Shown: piece by piece, positions 36,640 through 46,064 of the stretch
Numbering within the stretch: the stretch's first letter is position 1
Layout of the letters: each line of letters starts with the position of its first letter
NCBI GenBank assembly: GCA_903916555.1
Contig: CAIWXG010000365.1
Coordinates: 1-56,886 of the forward strand
DNA length: 56,886 nt
Direction of reading: 5' to 3'
Origin: an uncultured Bacteroidota bacterium
GTDB taxonomy: Bacteria; Bacteroidota; Bacteroidia; Chitinophagales; Chitinophagaceae
Notes under the pieces: model-generated
The model's input: only the letters and a program-made list of their open reading frames with translations
Database searches by the model: none
Told to the model about the DNA's origin: nothing
Program-made: the position numbers and the translations under genes

Positions 36640-39600
36640 TTAGTCATCTGTATTTTTTCGTATAGACCTTTGTTTTATACCTGCGGCAATAATGAGAACA
36701 AAAACGGAGAAAATACTAATCCATGCCCACATTGGGAATACAGGTGTATCGCCGGCAGCATAACTATGTAAGCCCTTTGATAAATAATAATTTACCCCAA
36801 AAAAGGTCATTAGTACACTACTATAGCCTAATACTGCACTAATATTAAATACATATTCGCTTTTTAATTTTGGTACAAAACGCAAGTGTAGTACAATAGT
36901 ATAGGTAATAACTATTACTAATGCCCATGTTTCTTTAGCATCCCAGCCCCAATATTTACCCCATGATTCATTAGCCCATATACCACCTAAAAAGGTGCCT
37001 ACCGTTGCCAAAAACAAACCAATTGTAAGGTTCATTTCATTTATGTGCGACAGTTCGTTGGTAACAACATCTAAACGCTGGTGATTCTTTTTGTTTTTAA
37101 ATAAGTAAATAAACAGATTTATAAGACCTAAAATAAAACCTAAACCCAAGAAACCATAACTTATAGTAAGAGTAGCCACATGTATTACTAACCAATACGA
37201 CTTTAATACAGGTTGCAAATTGGTAAGTTGGGGGTCGTAGCTGCTATGGCTGGCTGTCATAAGTACAAAAAATGCTAGTAAAGTTGTTGCTGCAAGGGTA
37301 ATTTTAGAGTTTCTGATAAAAAAGAAACCAGCCAATAAACCACCCCAGGCTATTAATAATAACGCTTCATAACCTGTACTCCAAGGTGCATGACCTGTTA
37401 AATACCATCTTAAAATTAAACCATAAGTATGGTAAAGGAATGCACATATTAATAAGAATATAAAAATATTTAAAAGCCATTTTAAAATTATATTCTTTTT
37501 AGTATTTAGAATATCTATAAAAGCAAGTAACAATAATATAATACTTAACATTGCATAACAGCCATAGCAAAGAAAAATAAATATTTGAGATTTATTATAA
37601 TGTATTTCAAGATTTACTTTGCCTTCACTTGGTAAAAGATTAGCAGCAGAACTTTGCCTTTGCATACTAGCTATATAGCTTAATATCTTTTCAGGTCTTT
37701 CGTAATTTCCTGTTTTGGTGCCCTTATACAATTCTTGCAAGTATAAGCCCATAATGTTTCTATAGGTAAGTTCTCTTAGTTGCAAATCATCATTAAGTAT
37801 TTTTATACTGCCGGTTAGTAGTACAGTAGCCATAGAATCGTCCCAGCTTGTCCATGTATTATTTGGCGAACCTTGAATAGGGAATAATTTAAGCATACTA
37901 CCATTAAAAGTCATCATACAAATATTGGCACGCTCATCAACTTTAATAATTTCTTTGTCGAAAATATTTTGTTCAGATTGTTTTTTTCTAAATGAAGTTT
38001 CCGCAAAAGTTTTAAGTTTATAATTACCGCTTGCATCAAAGAAATTATTATAAGAAGCATATTTGCCATTTATACCCAAAATATCTTGTACAGATTTTTC
38101 TTTAATATAAATTATTTTTTGATCTTTCCAAAATTCTGCATTCAAAATCATATCCATAAATACTTGCATGGCATTCATTTTCCCTACACCTTCTATATCA
38201 AATTTGTCTTTGCGTGCTAATTTGTGCATAACATCGTAAGCCATTGTGTGTGCAGGTTCAAAACGACCATCATAAGTTTGTACTATTAAATGTGCAAATT
38301 TATCAGCTTGTGCTTCATTAATATGGCTTGTTGTTGTTTGTGCAAAGCTTAGGCTGCTAAGCCCTAATAATACTATTATGATTGCTGCTGTTTTTCTTGC
38401 TTGCCTTATATAGCGAATGCTCTTACTTAACAATATATATCTTGAATTACGATTAAACAGAGTTAGGAAAAAGCCTAATGCCATAAGAAAATAGCCTATA
38501 TATGAAACCCAAGTACCATAAAAATCATGGTTTACAGATAAAATTGTGCCTTGTTCGTCAGGGTCGTAAGAAGATTGAAAGAATCTGAAACCTTCATAAT
38601 CCAATACATTATTCATAAATATCTTTGTTTGTTTAGTTAAATTATTTCTTGTATCATTTAATGTAACATCGCTGGTAAAAGAAGAAGGACTCATAGAACC
38701 TGCATACCTATCTAAAATAAAACGGTTTAATGTTATTGAAAACGGTAAATCTCTCTCTTTAAGTCCATAAGCTATTTTAAATTTATAGCCATCTAAGTCC
38801 AAATCTTGGTATCTGGCTAAATAGCTGGAACCGCCTAATATTTGCACATCATGATTTTTGCCATTTATAGTTATTACAACACCAAGCGCATCTACACCCT
38901 TCTCATCGTCTTTGCTTGAAACAAGTTTTATTTTTGCTTTTTTATATAATTTTTTAAATACAAACACGCCTGCCGGTGTTTCGTGTAATGTTTTCTCTTT
39001 AAATTCTGTTTGAATATCCTTTTTTATTGTATCATTAAACATTTCAGGCATCTTTGTTCTTTTAATATCAAATGGAGATGTAATAAACGTTTTACCTTCT
39101 TTCTCTACAATATTAATTGCATCTGCTTTGCTTGGGTTATTAAAAGATATAGAAATGGGTCCCATATCATTTACCTCACCGTCTTTAAGATAAACAGATT
39201 CTCTTCCGTTTTTGCCCGGTAATACAAGTTCTATAATATCTATGCCATCAGCTACATTTTCCTCCATGCTATCTACAGCATTTTTAATATAGTTTTTAAA
39301 ATCTATATCAATTACTTTCTTGTCTGATGTTTCAATTTTATGGTGAAAATCATTTTTTGTAAACTGTCCCAAATGCACTAATAAATCAGATTGTTTATTA
39401 TCGGGTGTTAAAATTCTTAAATAAGTTTCTGAAGAGAAAAACGTTGTAGCCTTCTCACCTTGTCTTATATGCATGGTACCTGTATAACCATAATAACGGG
39501 TAATAGCAGAGCCTAAAATAATAATTATAAATGCAAAATGGAATAAAAAACCGGGGGCTTTCTTTTTGCTGAATAAATTATATTTAGGTAATTGCCCTAT

Positions 39601-39783
39601 AAAGTTTATGACTAACAATAGAAAAATAAATTCGAACCAGCGAGTATTATAAATTAATTCTCTTGCTGTATCAGTGTCAAATTTTTCTTCTACAAAAGTT
39701 GCCGAACCTATAACAATAGCAAGAATCAACAACAAAATCAATGTCATTCTTGATGAGAATAAAGTGTCTAATATCTTTTTCAT
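36640..39783 (-). CDS. ccsBA: System II cytochrome c biogenesis fusion protein (ResB/Ccs1 plus CcsA)
   Basis: N-terminal ResB-like TM plus a large periplasmic domain. The C-terminal CcsA has the WWD motif GGIWANESWGKYWGWDAKETWALV. ATG at 39783 (MKKILDTLFSSRM...) is preferred; the tracked ORF extends to 39813 and would overlap the fnr-like stop. Confidence 0.9.
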   Translation of the reverse strand: MKKILDTLFSSRMTLILLLILAIVIGSATFVEEKFDTDTARELIYNTRWFEFIFLLLVINFIGQLPKYNLFSKKKAPGFLFHFAFIIIILGSAITRYYGYTGTMHIRQGEKATTFFSSETYLRILTPDNKQSDLLVHLGQFTKNDFHHKIETSDKKVIDIDFKNYIKNAVDSMEENVADGIDIIELVLPGKNGRESVYLKDGEVNDMGPISISFNNPSKADAINIVEKEGKTFITSPFDIKRTKMPEMFNDTIKKDIQTEFKEKTLHETPAGVFVFKKLYKKAKIKLVSSKDDEKGVDALGVVITINGKNHDVQILGGSSYLARYQDLDLDGYKFKIAYGLKERDLPFSITLNRFILDRYAGSMSPSSFTSDVTLNDTRNNLTKQTKIFMNNVLDYEGFRFFQSSYDPDEQGTILSVNHDFYGTWVSYIGYFLMALGFFLTLFNRNSRYILLSKSIRYIRQARKTAAIIIVLLGLSSLSFAQTTTSHINEAQADKFAHLIVQTYDGRFEPAHTMAYDVMHKLARKDKFDIEGVGKMNAMQVFMDMILNAEFWKDQKIIYIKEKSVQDILGINGKYASYNNFFDASGNYKLKTFAETSFRKKQSEQNIFDKEIIKVDERANICMMTFNGSMLKLFPIQGSPNNTWTSWDDSMATVLLTGSIKILNDDLQLRELTYRNIMGLYLQELYKGTKTGNYERPEKILSYIASMQRQSSAANLLPSEGKVNLEIHYNKSQIFIFLCYGCYAMLSIILLLLAFIDILNTKKNIILKWLLNIFIFLLICAFLYHTYGLILRWYLTGHAPWSTGYEALLLIAWGGLLAGFFFIRNSKITLAATTLLAFFVLMTASHSSYDPQLTNLQPVLKSYWLVIHVATLTISYGFLGLGFILGLINLFIYLFKNKKNHQRLDVVTNELSHINEMNLTIGLFLATVGTFLGGIWANESWGKYWGWDAKETWALVIVITYTIVLHLRFVPKLKSEYVFNISAVLGYSSVLMTFFGVNYYLSKGLHSYAAGDTPVFPMWAWISIFSVFVLIIAAGIKQRSIRKNTDD

Positions 39784-39805
39784 ATATTTATAATTTTGTA
39801 CAAAT

Positions 39806-40501
39806 TTATACAAGATAATCTTGTATAATATGTTTTAATTTATCTAATTGTAAGATTGCTATTTTTTTATTTCGTTTTTCTATAAGTTTATCATTTTCAA
39901 AATCAGATAGTTGTCTTGATACTTGCTCTGCTGTTGTGCTTGTTAAATTGGCAATATCTTTTCTTGAAAAACAATCTTTTAGTTCGTTTTCAGCAGTAAT
40001 ACCAAAATTATCAACTAAATATATTAAAGCAGCTGCAATTTTCTCTCTTAAATTCATTGCAGAATTAGTAAGTAAGCGAGTTCCTGTTTTGCAATAAAGA
40101 TGTGAGTAATAATGCATTAAATCAAATACTATTATCGGATTTGTTCTAATCATATCATACAAAAGTATATTTTCAAAAAAGCAAACCAAAGTATCTTCTT
40201 TTGCAAATGCACCAATTGTATATACTTCATTTTCCATACTTATTGTTCCAAATGTCTGTCCATTTCCTATATATCTTATTGTTCTTCTTTTCTCATCGGG
40301 TAAAACTATATATTCTTCAACCATACCGTCTTGTATAAAGTAGATTCCCAATATGGAACTACCTGTCTCAAAAATTGGTTCTCCTTTATGATACAAATTT
40401 TGATACTTTTCTTTCTCCCAAATATCAATCATATCAGGGTAGTAATTCTTTTTAATGTAACACGAATTATTGGGGCAAAATTTGCATTCAACTTTTTTCA
40501 T
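39806..40501 (-). CDS. Crp/Fnr-family transcription factor with an FNR-type N-terminal cysteine cluster
   Basis: Cys6-x2-Cys9-x4-Cys14 plus Cys107 (93 residues after the third Cys, as for C29 to C122 in E. coli FNR). cNMP-like beta-roll. HTH with the E--SR recognition motif (TAEQVSRQL). Confidence 0.85.
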   Translation of the reverse strand: MKKVECKFCPNNSCYIKKNYYPDMIDIWEKEKYQNLYHKGEPIFETGSSILGIYFIQDGMVEEYIVLPDEKRRTIRYIGNGQTFGTISMENEVYTIGAFAKEDTLVCFFENILLYDMIRTNPIIVFDLMHYYSHLYCKTGTRLLTNSAMNLREKIAAALIYLVDNFGITAENELKDCFSRKDIANLTSTTAEQVSRQLSDFENDKLIEKRNKKIAILQLDKLKHIIQDYLV

Positions 40502-40630
40502 ATTAGCTATAAATTCTGTCTATTAGCTTACTATACAATTGGTTTTATGTTACTTATTTATTTAAATTTTTTTGCTCTGCAATATTACCATTTTGTATGT
40601 GCCTCTCTTATGAGTATTATCAGTATAAAC

Positions 40631-40646
40631 TATGATTATAATCATA
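40631..40646. promoter_or_regulatory. Perfect 16-bp palindrome TATGATTATAATCATA, an FNR-box-like site upstream of the fnr-like gene
   Basis: aTGAT-N4-ATCAt versus the FNR consensus TTGAT-N4-ATCAA. The centre is about 137 nt upstream of the fnr-like ATG. Confidence 0.4.
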
Positions 40647-40737
40647 ATTTATTTTATATAATATATAACTCTGGTTTGTATAAATTTAGCGAATTAGAAC
40701 TATGCAATATTTCTACATGCTTATTAAAATACATTAA

Positions 40738-40773
40738 AAATGCCCGTCAAGAGTATGACAAGCATTTTATATA
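40738..40773 (-). terminator. Putative intrinsic terminator after the 13-haem cytochrome gene
   Basis: Interrupted hairpin (7 bp + 2x2 internal loop + 4 bp, 6-nt loop) 13-48 nt downstream of the stop, with a T-run on the minus strand. Confidence 0.45.
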
Positions 40774-40785
40774 ATTGCAGTATGC

Positions 40786-42111
40786 TTATTTATCTTTTAA
40801 AACTGAATTTACTCTATCGTATTTTCTTTCTGTATGGCAACCTGGAGCACAAGAACCTCCGTTTTCTGTTGGTACATACTTCAAAGGCATTTCCCAGCTT
40901 CCAAACGGTGCTTTATCGTTTATAAGATTATCGTTCATTGAACCATGCGGATTATGACATATAGTACAACTTCTACCTTTTTCTCCATTTACATGCACAA
41001 AGTGCAAATTTTTATCGCCATTTCTAAAATTGGTAACAGTAGTTGTTTGTTTTTCCAGCAATTCGCTTTTATGGCAACTAAAACACAAGCCGAAACTTTC
41101 TTTGGTGGCTTGGGCGTAAGAACCAGCCGGAAAGGATTTGGTTAAAAGAAAAGGATTAGATGATGCATGTGGGTCGTGGCAACCAATACAACCTACTTTA
41201 TCTATAGCACCATGTACATCTTTACTTTTTTGTATTATCTGTTTTATATTTCCTATTTTTCTTGTTCCTACTACAATTGTTTTATCATGGCAATTTAGAC
41301 ACAATACATCGGGGTCTGCTATTAAAAACTTCTTTTGGTCGGATGCATGTGGTGAGTGGCAATTTAAACAAGATTTTTTATCGGTAACAGCACCATGCAC
41401 CAAAGTAGCTTTATCAATTTTCTTTTGCATATCATCATGGCAATAGATGCAAAGACTTTGTGGCTGTAAATCGAGCAATTTATTTTCTGTAGAACTATGA
41501 TGACTATGACAGTTTAAACAATTGTTCTGGAATGGAGGATGCACATTTGCCATTTTTATTTCCTCGCTTTGTTTTTTATGACATTTTAAACATAATGCCG
41601 GAGACTCTAAGTTTAAAAGTTTGCTATTGTCGGATTGGTGTGGGTCGTGGCATTTTACACATTCTCCTTTTGTTACCGGTTCGTGTTTTACTCTTTTGGT
41701 AGCAGATTCTAATTGATGACATTGCTTACATAAATCTGCTGGTGGATTCTTTTTCAATAAATTATTTTCAGGAGAGCTATGAGGGGTATGGCAATCTAAG
41801 CATTTACCTTTTTGTACCGGTGGGTGTACACTTTTCATTGTATTGTTTTCGTCATGGCATTTATAACATAGTGCAGGCACATCCAACACTAATTTAAAGC
41901 CTTTCACATCTTTAAGCGGATGTTGAGTACCGGTAGATTGATGACAATTATCGCAACCTTTTTTTACTGCATGGTGCACAACCTCTTGATTTGTTAAATT
42001 ACCATGACAAGAAATATTTGAACATCCTGTTTTAGATGTATCAAGTTGTGCTTTAACTGTAAATGCTATTGAAGAAAATACAGCCAATATGAATATTATT
42101 TTATTTCGCAT
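40786..42111 (-). CDS. Secreted multihaem c-type cytochrome (13 CXXCH plus CX4CH and CX3CH variants)
   Basis: Sec signal peptide (AFTVKAQ). Motifs: CDNCH, CYKCH, CLDCH, CKQCH, CVKCH, CLKCH, CLNCH, CIYCH, CLNCH, CLNCH, CIGCH, CFSCH, CTICH. Also CSNISCH and CAPGCH. Confidence 0.92.
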   Translation of the reverse strand: MRNKIIFILAVFSSIAFTVKAQLDTSKTGCSNISCHGNLTNQEVVHHAVKKGCDNCHQSTGTQHPLKDVKGFKLVLDVPALCYKCHDENNTMKSVHPPVQKGKCLDCHTPHSSPENNLLKKNPPADLCKQCHQLESATKRVKHEPVTKGECVKCHDPHQSDNSKLLNLESPALCLKCHKKQSEEIKMANVHPPFQNNCLNCHSHHSSTENKLLDLQPQSLCIYCHDDMQKKIDKATLVHGAVTDKKSCLNCHSPHASDQKKFLIADPDVLCLNCHDKTIVVGTRKIGNIKQIIQKSKDVHGAIDKVGCIGCHDPHASSNPFLLTKSFPAGSYAQATKESFGLCFSCHKSELLEKQTTTVTNFRNGDKNLHFVHVNGEKGRSCTICHNPHGSMNDNLINDKAPFGSWEMPLKYVPTENGGSCAPGCHTERKYDRVNSVLKDK

Positions 42112-42116
42112 AAGTA

Positions 42117-44096
42117 CTAATATTTAAACTTTTTAATAATTTGAATATAACCACCGGTGTAATTATTCTTTTGTACATCTAAATATACACGAGTATAAGA
42201 CTCTAAACCGGCATTAATTACAAGCTCTCTTAAAATTCTTGTTAGTTTTAGTTTATAAGAAAATAAATCTAAGTTTATTTCCCTTCCATGTTGGTAAGTA
42301 TAAATTACGTTTAAATCTAATTTTGTTCTTTGTGAAAATGAGTAAGATACTAACCCATTTAAATCTTTATAATTTCTATTAATTTCATTATTTGGCAATT
42401 TATTATAAATTCTTAAATTACCATTAATTGAATAGGCTAATCTTCCTCTATATCTACCTTGTAAAGTTGCATAATATCGGGTTAACTGATAAGGGTAAAG
42501 TGAACTTTCATAATCATCAATCTCAATACCGCCACTAATAAATTTATATTCAGACCTGATACCATATATTCTATGCGTTAGGTAATTCAAAAACATATTA
42601 TCTGAATTTTTTAAATTAAAATAATTACTTGTCAAAACCTTATAGTGCAATCCCAATAACCGTCTGAATAATGAAATATCAATTGAAGCATCGCTAATAC
42701 CCGCATCGTATTGATTATTACCCGGTTGTGTAGCTGTATAACTAATATAGACTGTACTATTATTTGAAATTTGTCCTCCGGGTTGCCTTTGTATTTCTAC
42801 ATAATTATTTCTGGAAACCAATATATAATCAAAATTAGGTTGGTAAGTAATAGTGCCTGTTACATCTCTAACAATAATACTTGCTAAATCAATATAAGGT
42901 AATTTCAGCATTGTTATTTGATTGTCATTAATTAGATACGACTCACTAACCACGTGCAATGTAACATCTTGACTTTGTCTATTGTCATGTGTTCTACTAT
43001 AACTGTAAGATAAAGAAAGTAGCCCGTTTTTAGGTAATTTTTTATTATACGAAATATTTGCACCTACGTTATAAAACGACTCTTTATAATCAGTTTCATC
43101 AGCATTGTTGTAATCACCTGTTACACCCAAATATAAACTTTCATAATACTGTCTATTAATTACAAAATTGGCATCGTGTTGGCTAAATTCTTGCGATGGC
43201 CTGTTTACATAATAAAAAGAATAACCACAATTAAAGTTTATTTTATAGGGCAGTTTTAAAAATAAGTTTTCAGCGATTCTAAGTTGCGTAAAGCTATCAA
43301 TTCCACGCTGGTTTATACCTAAAATATTAGAACTAAACCTGCAATTACCGGCTGAATCTAATAGATAACTATTATGTAATTCTACATTATCAGAAATATT
43401 TCTAGATGGACTCACATTATAATCTTGGCGAATATAGTCTCTATGCGAATAAACAAATTCATTTCTATCTCTAAATCTGAAAACTTTAGATACTCGGGCA
43501 TCAAAAGTTTTCTGGTCATATAAGAAATTTCTGCTTGTTTGTATCTCTTTTTGAGTCCAGTTACTCTCATTGTAAGCTAATAAAATTGGTAATACCTTAT
43601 TTGATAGAGAGAGATTACCACCAACAGTTTTACTTTCTGTTTTTATATCAGTTAAATTTTCCCTGCTGTCATAGCTTTGGTCAAAATTAGCAAAGGTAGT
43701 TAAAGTAATAGGTTTACCGGGAAATAAGCTTGTATTTAAATGTAAATTTTTTGCATTAATTACATCATACCTATTAGGAAATACCAAATATTGGTCTTGA
43801 TAAGACTGTGGTAAATAACCACCATCAACACCAATAGTTAGAAAATTGGGACTCCAGATATAACTGTATGTTCTAAGCACAATACCGCCATAATAGTTCT
43901 GTATTTTCGATTTATCAACAATTCCATTAGAAGATACGCCTGCTTGCCCATATAAGGCACCTACTTTTAAATCTCCCGAAACGGAGTTTAGATTCCATAA
44001 ACCCAAAGAAAAGATATTACTTGCATCTTGGGCATATATTTCTTTAGGCAATATTGCCAAAAAACACAATAATATAAATAATTTATTATTACGCAT
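42117..44096 (-). CDS. Large outer-membrane beta-barrel protein (porin-like), unknown family
   Basis: Signal peptide (LAILPKEIYAQD). Pervasive alternating hydrophobic/polar beta-strand pattern rich in Y/N/S/G. C-terminal ...IQIIKKFKY ends in an aromatic residue. Only 5 nt separate it from the next gene. Confidence 0.7.
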   Translation of the reverse strand: MRNNKLFILLCFLAILPKEIYAQDASNIFSLGLWNLNSVSGDLKVGALYGQAGVSSNGIVDKSKIQNYYGGIVLRTYSYIWSPNFLTIGVDGGYLPQSYQDQYLVFPNRYDVINAKNLHLNTSLFPGKPITLTTFANFDQSYDSRENLTDIKTESKTVGGNLSLSNKVLPILLAYNESNWTQKEIQTSRNFLYDQKTFDARVSKVFRFRDRNEFVYSHRDYIRQDYNVSPSRNISDNVELHNSYLLDSAGNCRFSSNILGINQRGIDSFTQLRIAENLFLKLPYKINFNCGYSFYYVNRPSQEFSQHDANFVINRQYYESLYLGVTGDYNNADETDYKESFYNVGANISYNKKLPKNGLLSLSYSYSRTHDNRQSQDVTLHVVSESYLINDNQITMLKLPYIDLASIIVRDVTGTITYQPNFDYILVSRNNYVEIQRQPGGQISNNSTVYISYTATQPGNNQYDAGISDASIDISLFRRLLGLHYKVLTSNYFNLKNSDNMFLNYLTHRIYGIRSEYKFISGGIEIDDYESSLYPYQLTRYYATLQGRYRGRLAYSINGNLRIYNKLPNNEINRNYKDLNGLVSYSFSQRTKLDLNVIYTYQHGREINLDLFSYKLKLTRILRELVINAGLESYTRVYLDVQKNNYTGGYIQIIKKFKY

Positions 44097-44125
44097 TCTC
44101 TATTTTTTTTATCAAATGACAATTA

Positions 44126-46060
44126 TCATTTAATTAATATTGAAATCTCAACTCTACGATTTTCCTGATGTTCTGCCTCTGTACATTCAATTCCGTCAGA
44201 ACACTTATTTTTTAATTTTGATTTTCCGAAACCCTTAATTTTTATCCTTTTCGGTGCTATCCCTTGGCTTAATAAATAATTCATTGCTGCCTGAGCTCTT
44301 TTGTCTGATAATTGTTGATTATAAACAACCGTACCTCTACTATCGGTATGTGCAGCCAAATAGGCATTTACTTCAGGATTCTGTTTAAGATGTTCTGCAA
44401 CTTTCTTTAAAGCAGCCATACCGGCAGAATTAATATCTGATTTTGCATATTCATAATATACAACAGAAAATAACTGAGCTGTTTCTTCATTGCTTAATGT
44501 TATTTGTTTGAAGCCTAATTCTGCCGAAGGAGAAGTAATTACAGTACTACCACCATTCATTTTCTTTTCCTTATAGTTTGGATTCATATTATAATACAAA
44601 ACAACATTCTGTGTATTATCGTTAGTATCTGTAAATGATAAAGTTTCATTTCCTTGTTTCATTTTTTCTAACATAAAATTACCTTTATCATCAACTTTAG
44701 CAATAGCTATAATGTCTCCTGTTTCATTTAATACTCTTACTCCTGTTCCTTTCTTGAAATAATAAACAGTACCTGCTAATTTAATTATAGAAAGATCTTT
44801 TGCAACATTTACATTATTAATAGAATTGCCGTTTAATGCATTTTCAACTGTCAAATTACTATCAATACTATTATTTACTGTTTTATTATTAGGTTTTGTT
44901 GTGTTATTCTCACCATTCACGCTTGCCTTATTGTTTATTGCTATACTATTATTTGAAGTGTCAATGTTTTTATTTATTTTATTTTCTACATTTGATGAAA
45001 TATCAGGATTTGTTTTACCGGAATCAATTAATTTATTTTCAATATTGTTATTGTTGGTTAGGTTGTTCTTGTTAGTCTCCGTTTTTGTATTACTTGCATA
45101 TTCATTTTGCAAACTATCGTCAGAGCCATACTCCCTTACAATAACTTTATTTGCTACTTCGTAAACAGATTTATCAAAATTAAATTTACCCTTACTATTC
45201 TTATTAATCTCATATAATACTTTGTCTTTATAATCTAATATTACCACTTTTGCACTATCCGGTAAATCTACTTTTGTTTTAAAAGTATAATTATCGCCAC
45301 CATGCACATTTGCAATAGAGAATCTACCATTTGCATCTGTAATAGAATTGCCTACTATTTGAAAATTCTGGTCATTATCTTGAATTATTATTTCTGTACC
45401 TGCTTTTATATCTCCGGGTTCTTTTACATATACTTGTGCAAACAAATGTTTTGATGCCAATTCATTTACTTTAGCTAAGCCTCCAAATTTTGAAGCCACA
45501 TTCTCTTTAAGTAAGTTTCTATTATTTCCGCCGTGAGGATTATGGCAAGTTGTACACTCTGCATCACCTATTCTTCTATGGTATTTATTATTAACTGCCA
45601 AAGATGTATTATGGCAATACAGGCATAAACTCTGCCCTGGTCTTATTAACAGTTTAGCATAAGGTGCTGAGTGTTGATTATGACATTTAGTACAATTGCC
45701 CGATGACACAGGCCCATGAACATACTTATAAGTCTCACTAAAATCTTTATGGCATTGATAACAAAGTGAAGGCATTTCCTTTACCAAATGGCGGTCTTCG
45801 GTATGGCATTTTTCACATTTCCGTTCCAGATATGGTTTGTGAATAAATATTTCCGGTACTTTCTTTTTAACATCTGTAGCATTGGTACTTAATTTGTTAT
45901 TTACGTTCTTATTTGTAGTTAATTCAGGGTGCAATGGCGGCACACCATCAAAAAAGATAGTAAGTGCCTTATTCCTTTGTTCTATGGAACATCCCCAAAA
46001 TACTGCCATTATTATAACTAAAATGCAATAAATAGCAGTACTATTTTGCTTCTTATTCAT
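44126..46060 (-). CDS. Pentahaem c-type cytochrome fused to CarboxypepD_reg-like domains, an Asn-rich linker and a C-terminal OmpA peptidoglycan-binding domain
   Basis: Possible lipoprotein signal (MAVFWGCS). CEKCH, CYQCH, CTKCH, CLYCH, CTTCH. DANGRFSIANV-type beta-sandwich. Roughly 100-aa N/K/T-rich low-complexity stretch. OmpA_C block AAHTDSRGTVVYNQQLSDKRAQAAMNYLLSQGI...NRRVEISI. Start is taken at ATG 46060 (MNKKQ...). Confidence 0.88.
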   Translation of the reverse strand: MNKKQNSTAIYCILVIIMAVFWGCSIEQRNKALTIFFDGVPPLHPELTTNKNVNNKLSTNATDVKKKVPEIFIHKPYLERKCEKCHTEDRHLVKEMPSLCYQCHKDFSETYKYVHGPVSSGNCTKCHNQHSAPYAKLLIRPGQSLCLYCHNTSLAVNNKYHRRIGDAECTTCHNPHGGNNRNLLKENVASKFGGLAKVNELASKHLFAQVYVKEPGDIKAGTEIIIQDNDQNFQIVGNSITDANGRFSIANVHGGDNYTFKTKVDLPDSAKVVILDYKDKVLYEINKNSKGKFNFDKSVYEVANKVIVREYGSDDSLQNEYASNTKTETNKNNLTNNNNIENKLIDSGKTNPDISSNVENKINKNIDTSNNSIAINNKASVNGENNTTKPNNKTVNNSIDSNLTVENALNGNSINNVNVAKDLSIIKLAGTVYYFKKGTGVRVLNETGDIIAIAKVDDKGNFMLEKMKQGNETLSFTDTNDNTQNVVLYYNMNPNYKEKKMNGGSTVITSPSAELGFKQITLSNEETAQLFSVVYYEYAKSDINSAGMAALKKVAEHLKQNPEVNAYLAAHTDSRGTVVYNQQLSDKRAQAAMNYLLSQGIAPKRIKIKGFGKSKLKNKCSDGIECTEAEHQENRRVEISILIK

Positions 46061-46064
46061 TGTA

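Noticed and set aside
40331-41446. Plus-strand ORFs (147, 61, 60, 66 and 102 aa) opposite the fnr-like and cytochrome genes and across the intergenic region
   Set aside because: They have no recognisable features and overlap strongly supported minus-strand genes or the AT-rich promoter/terminator region.
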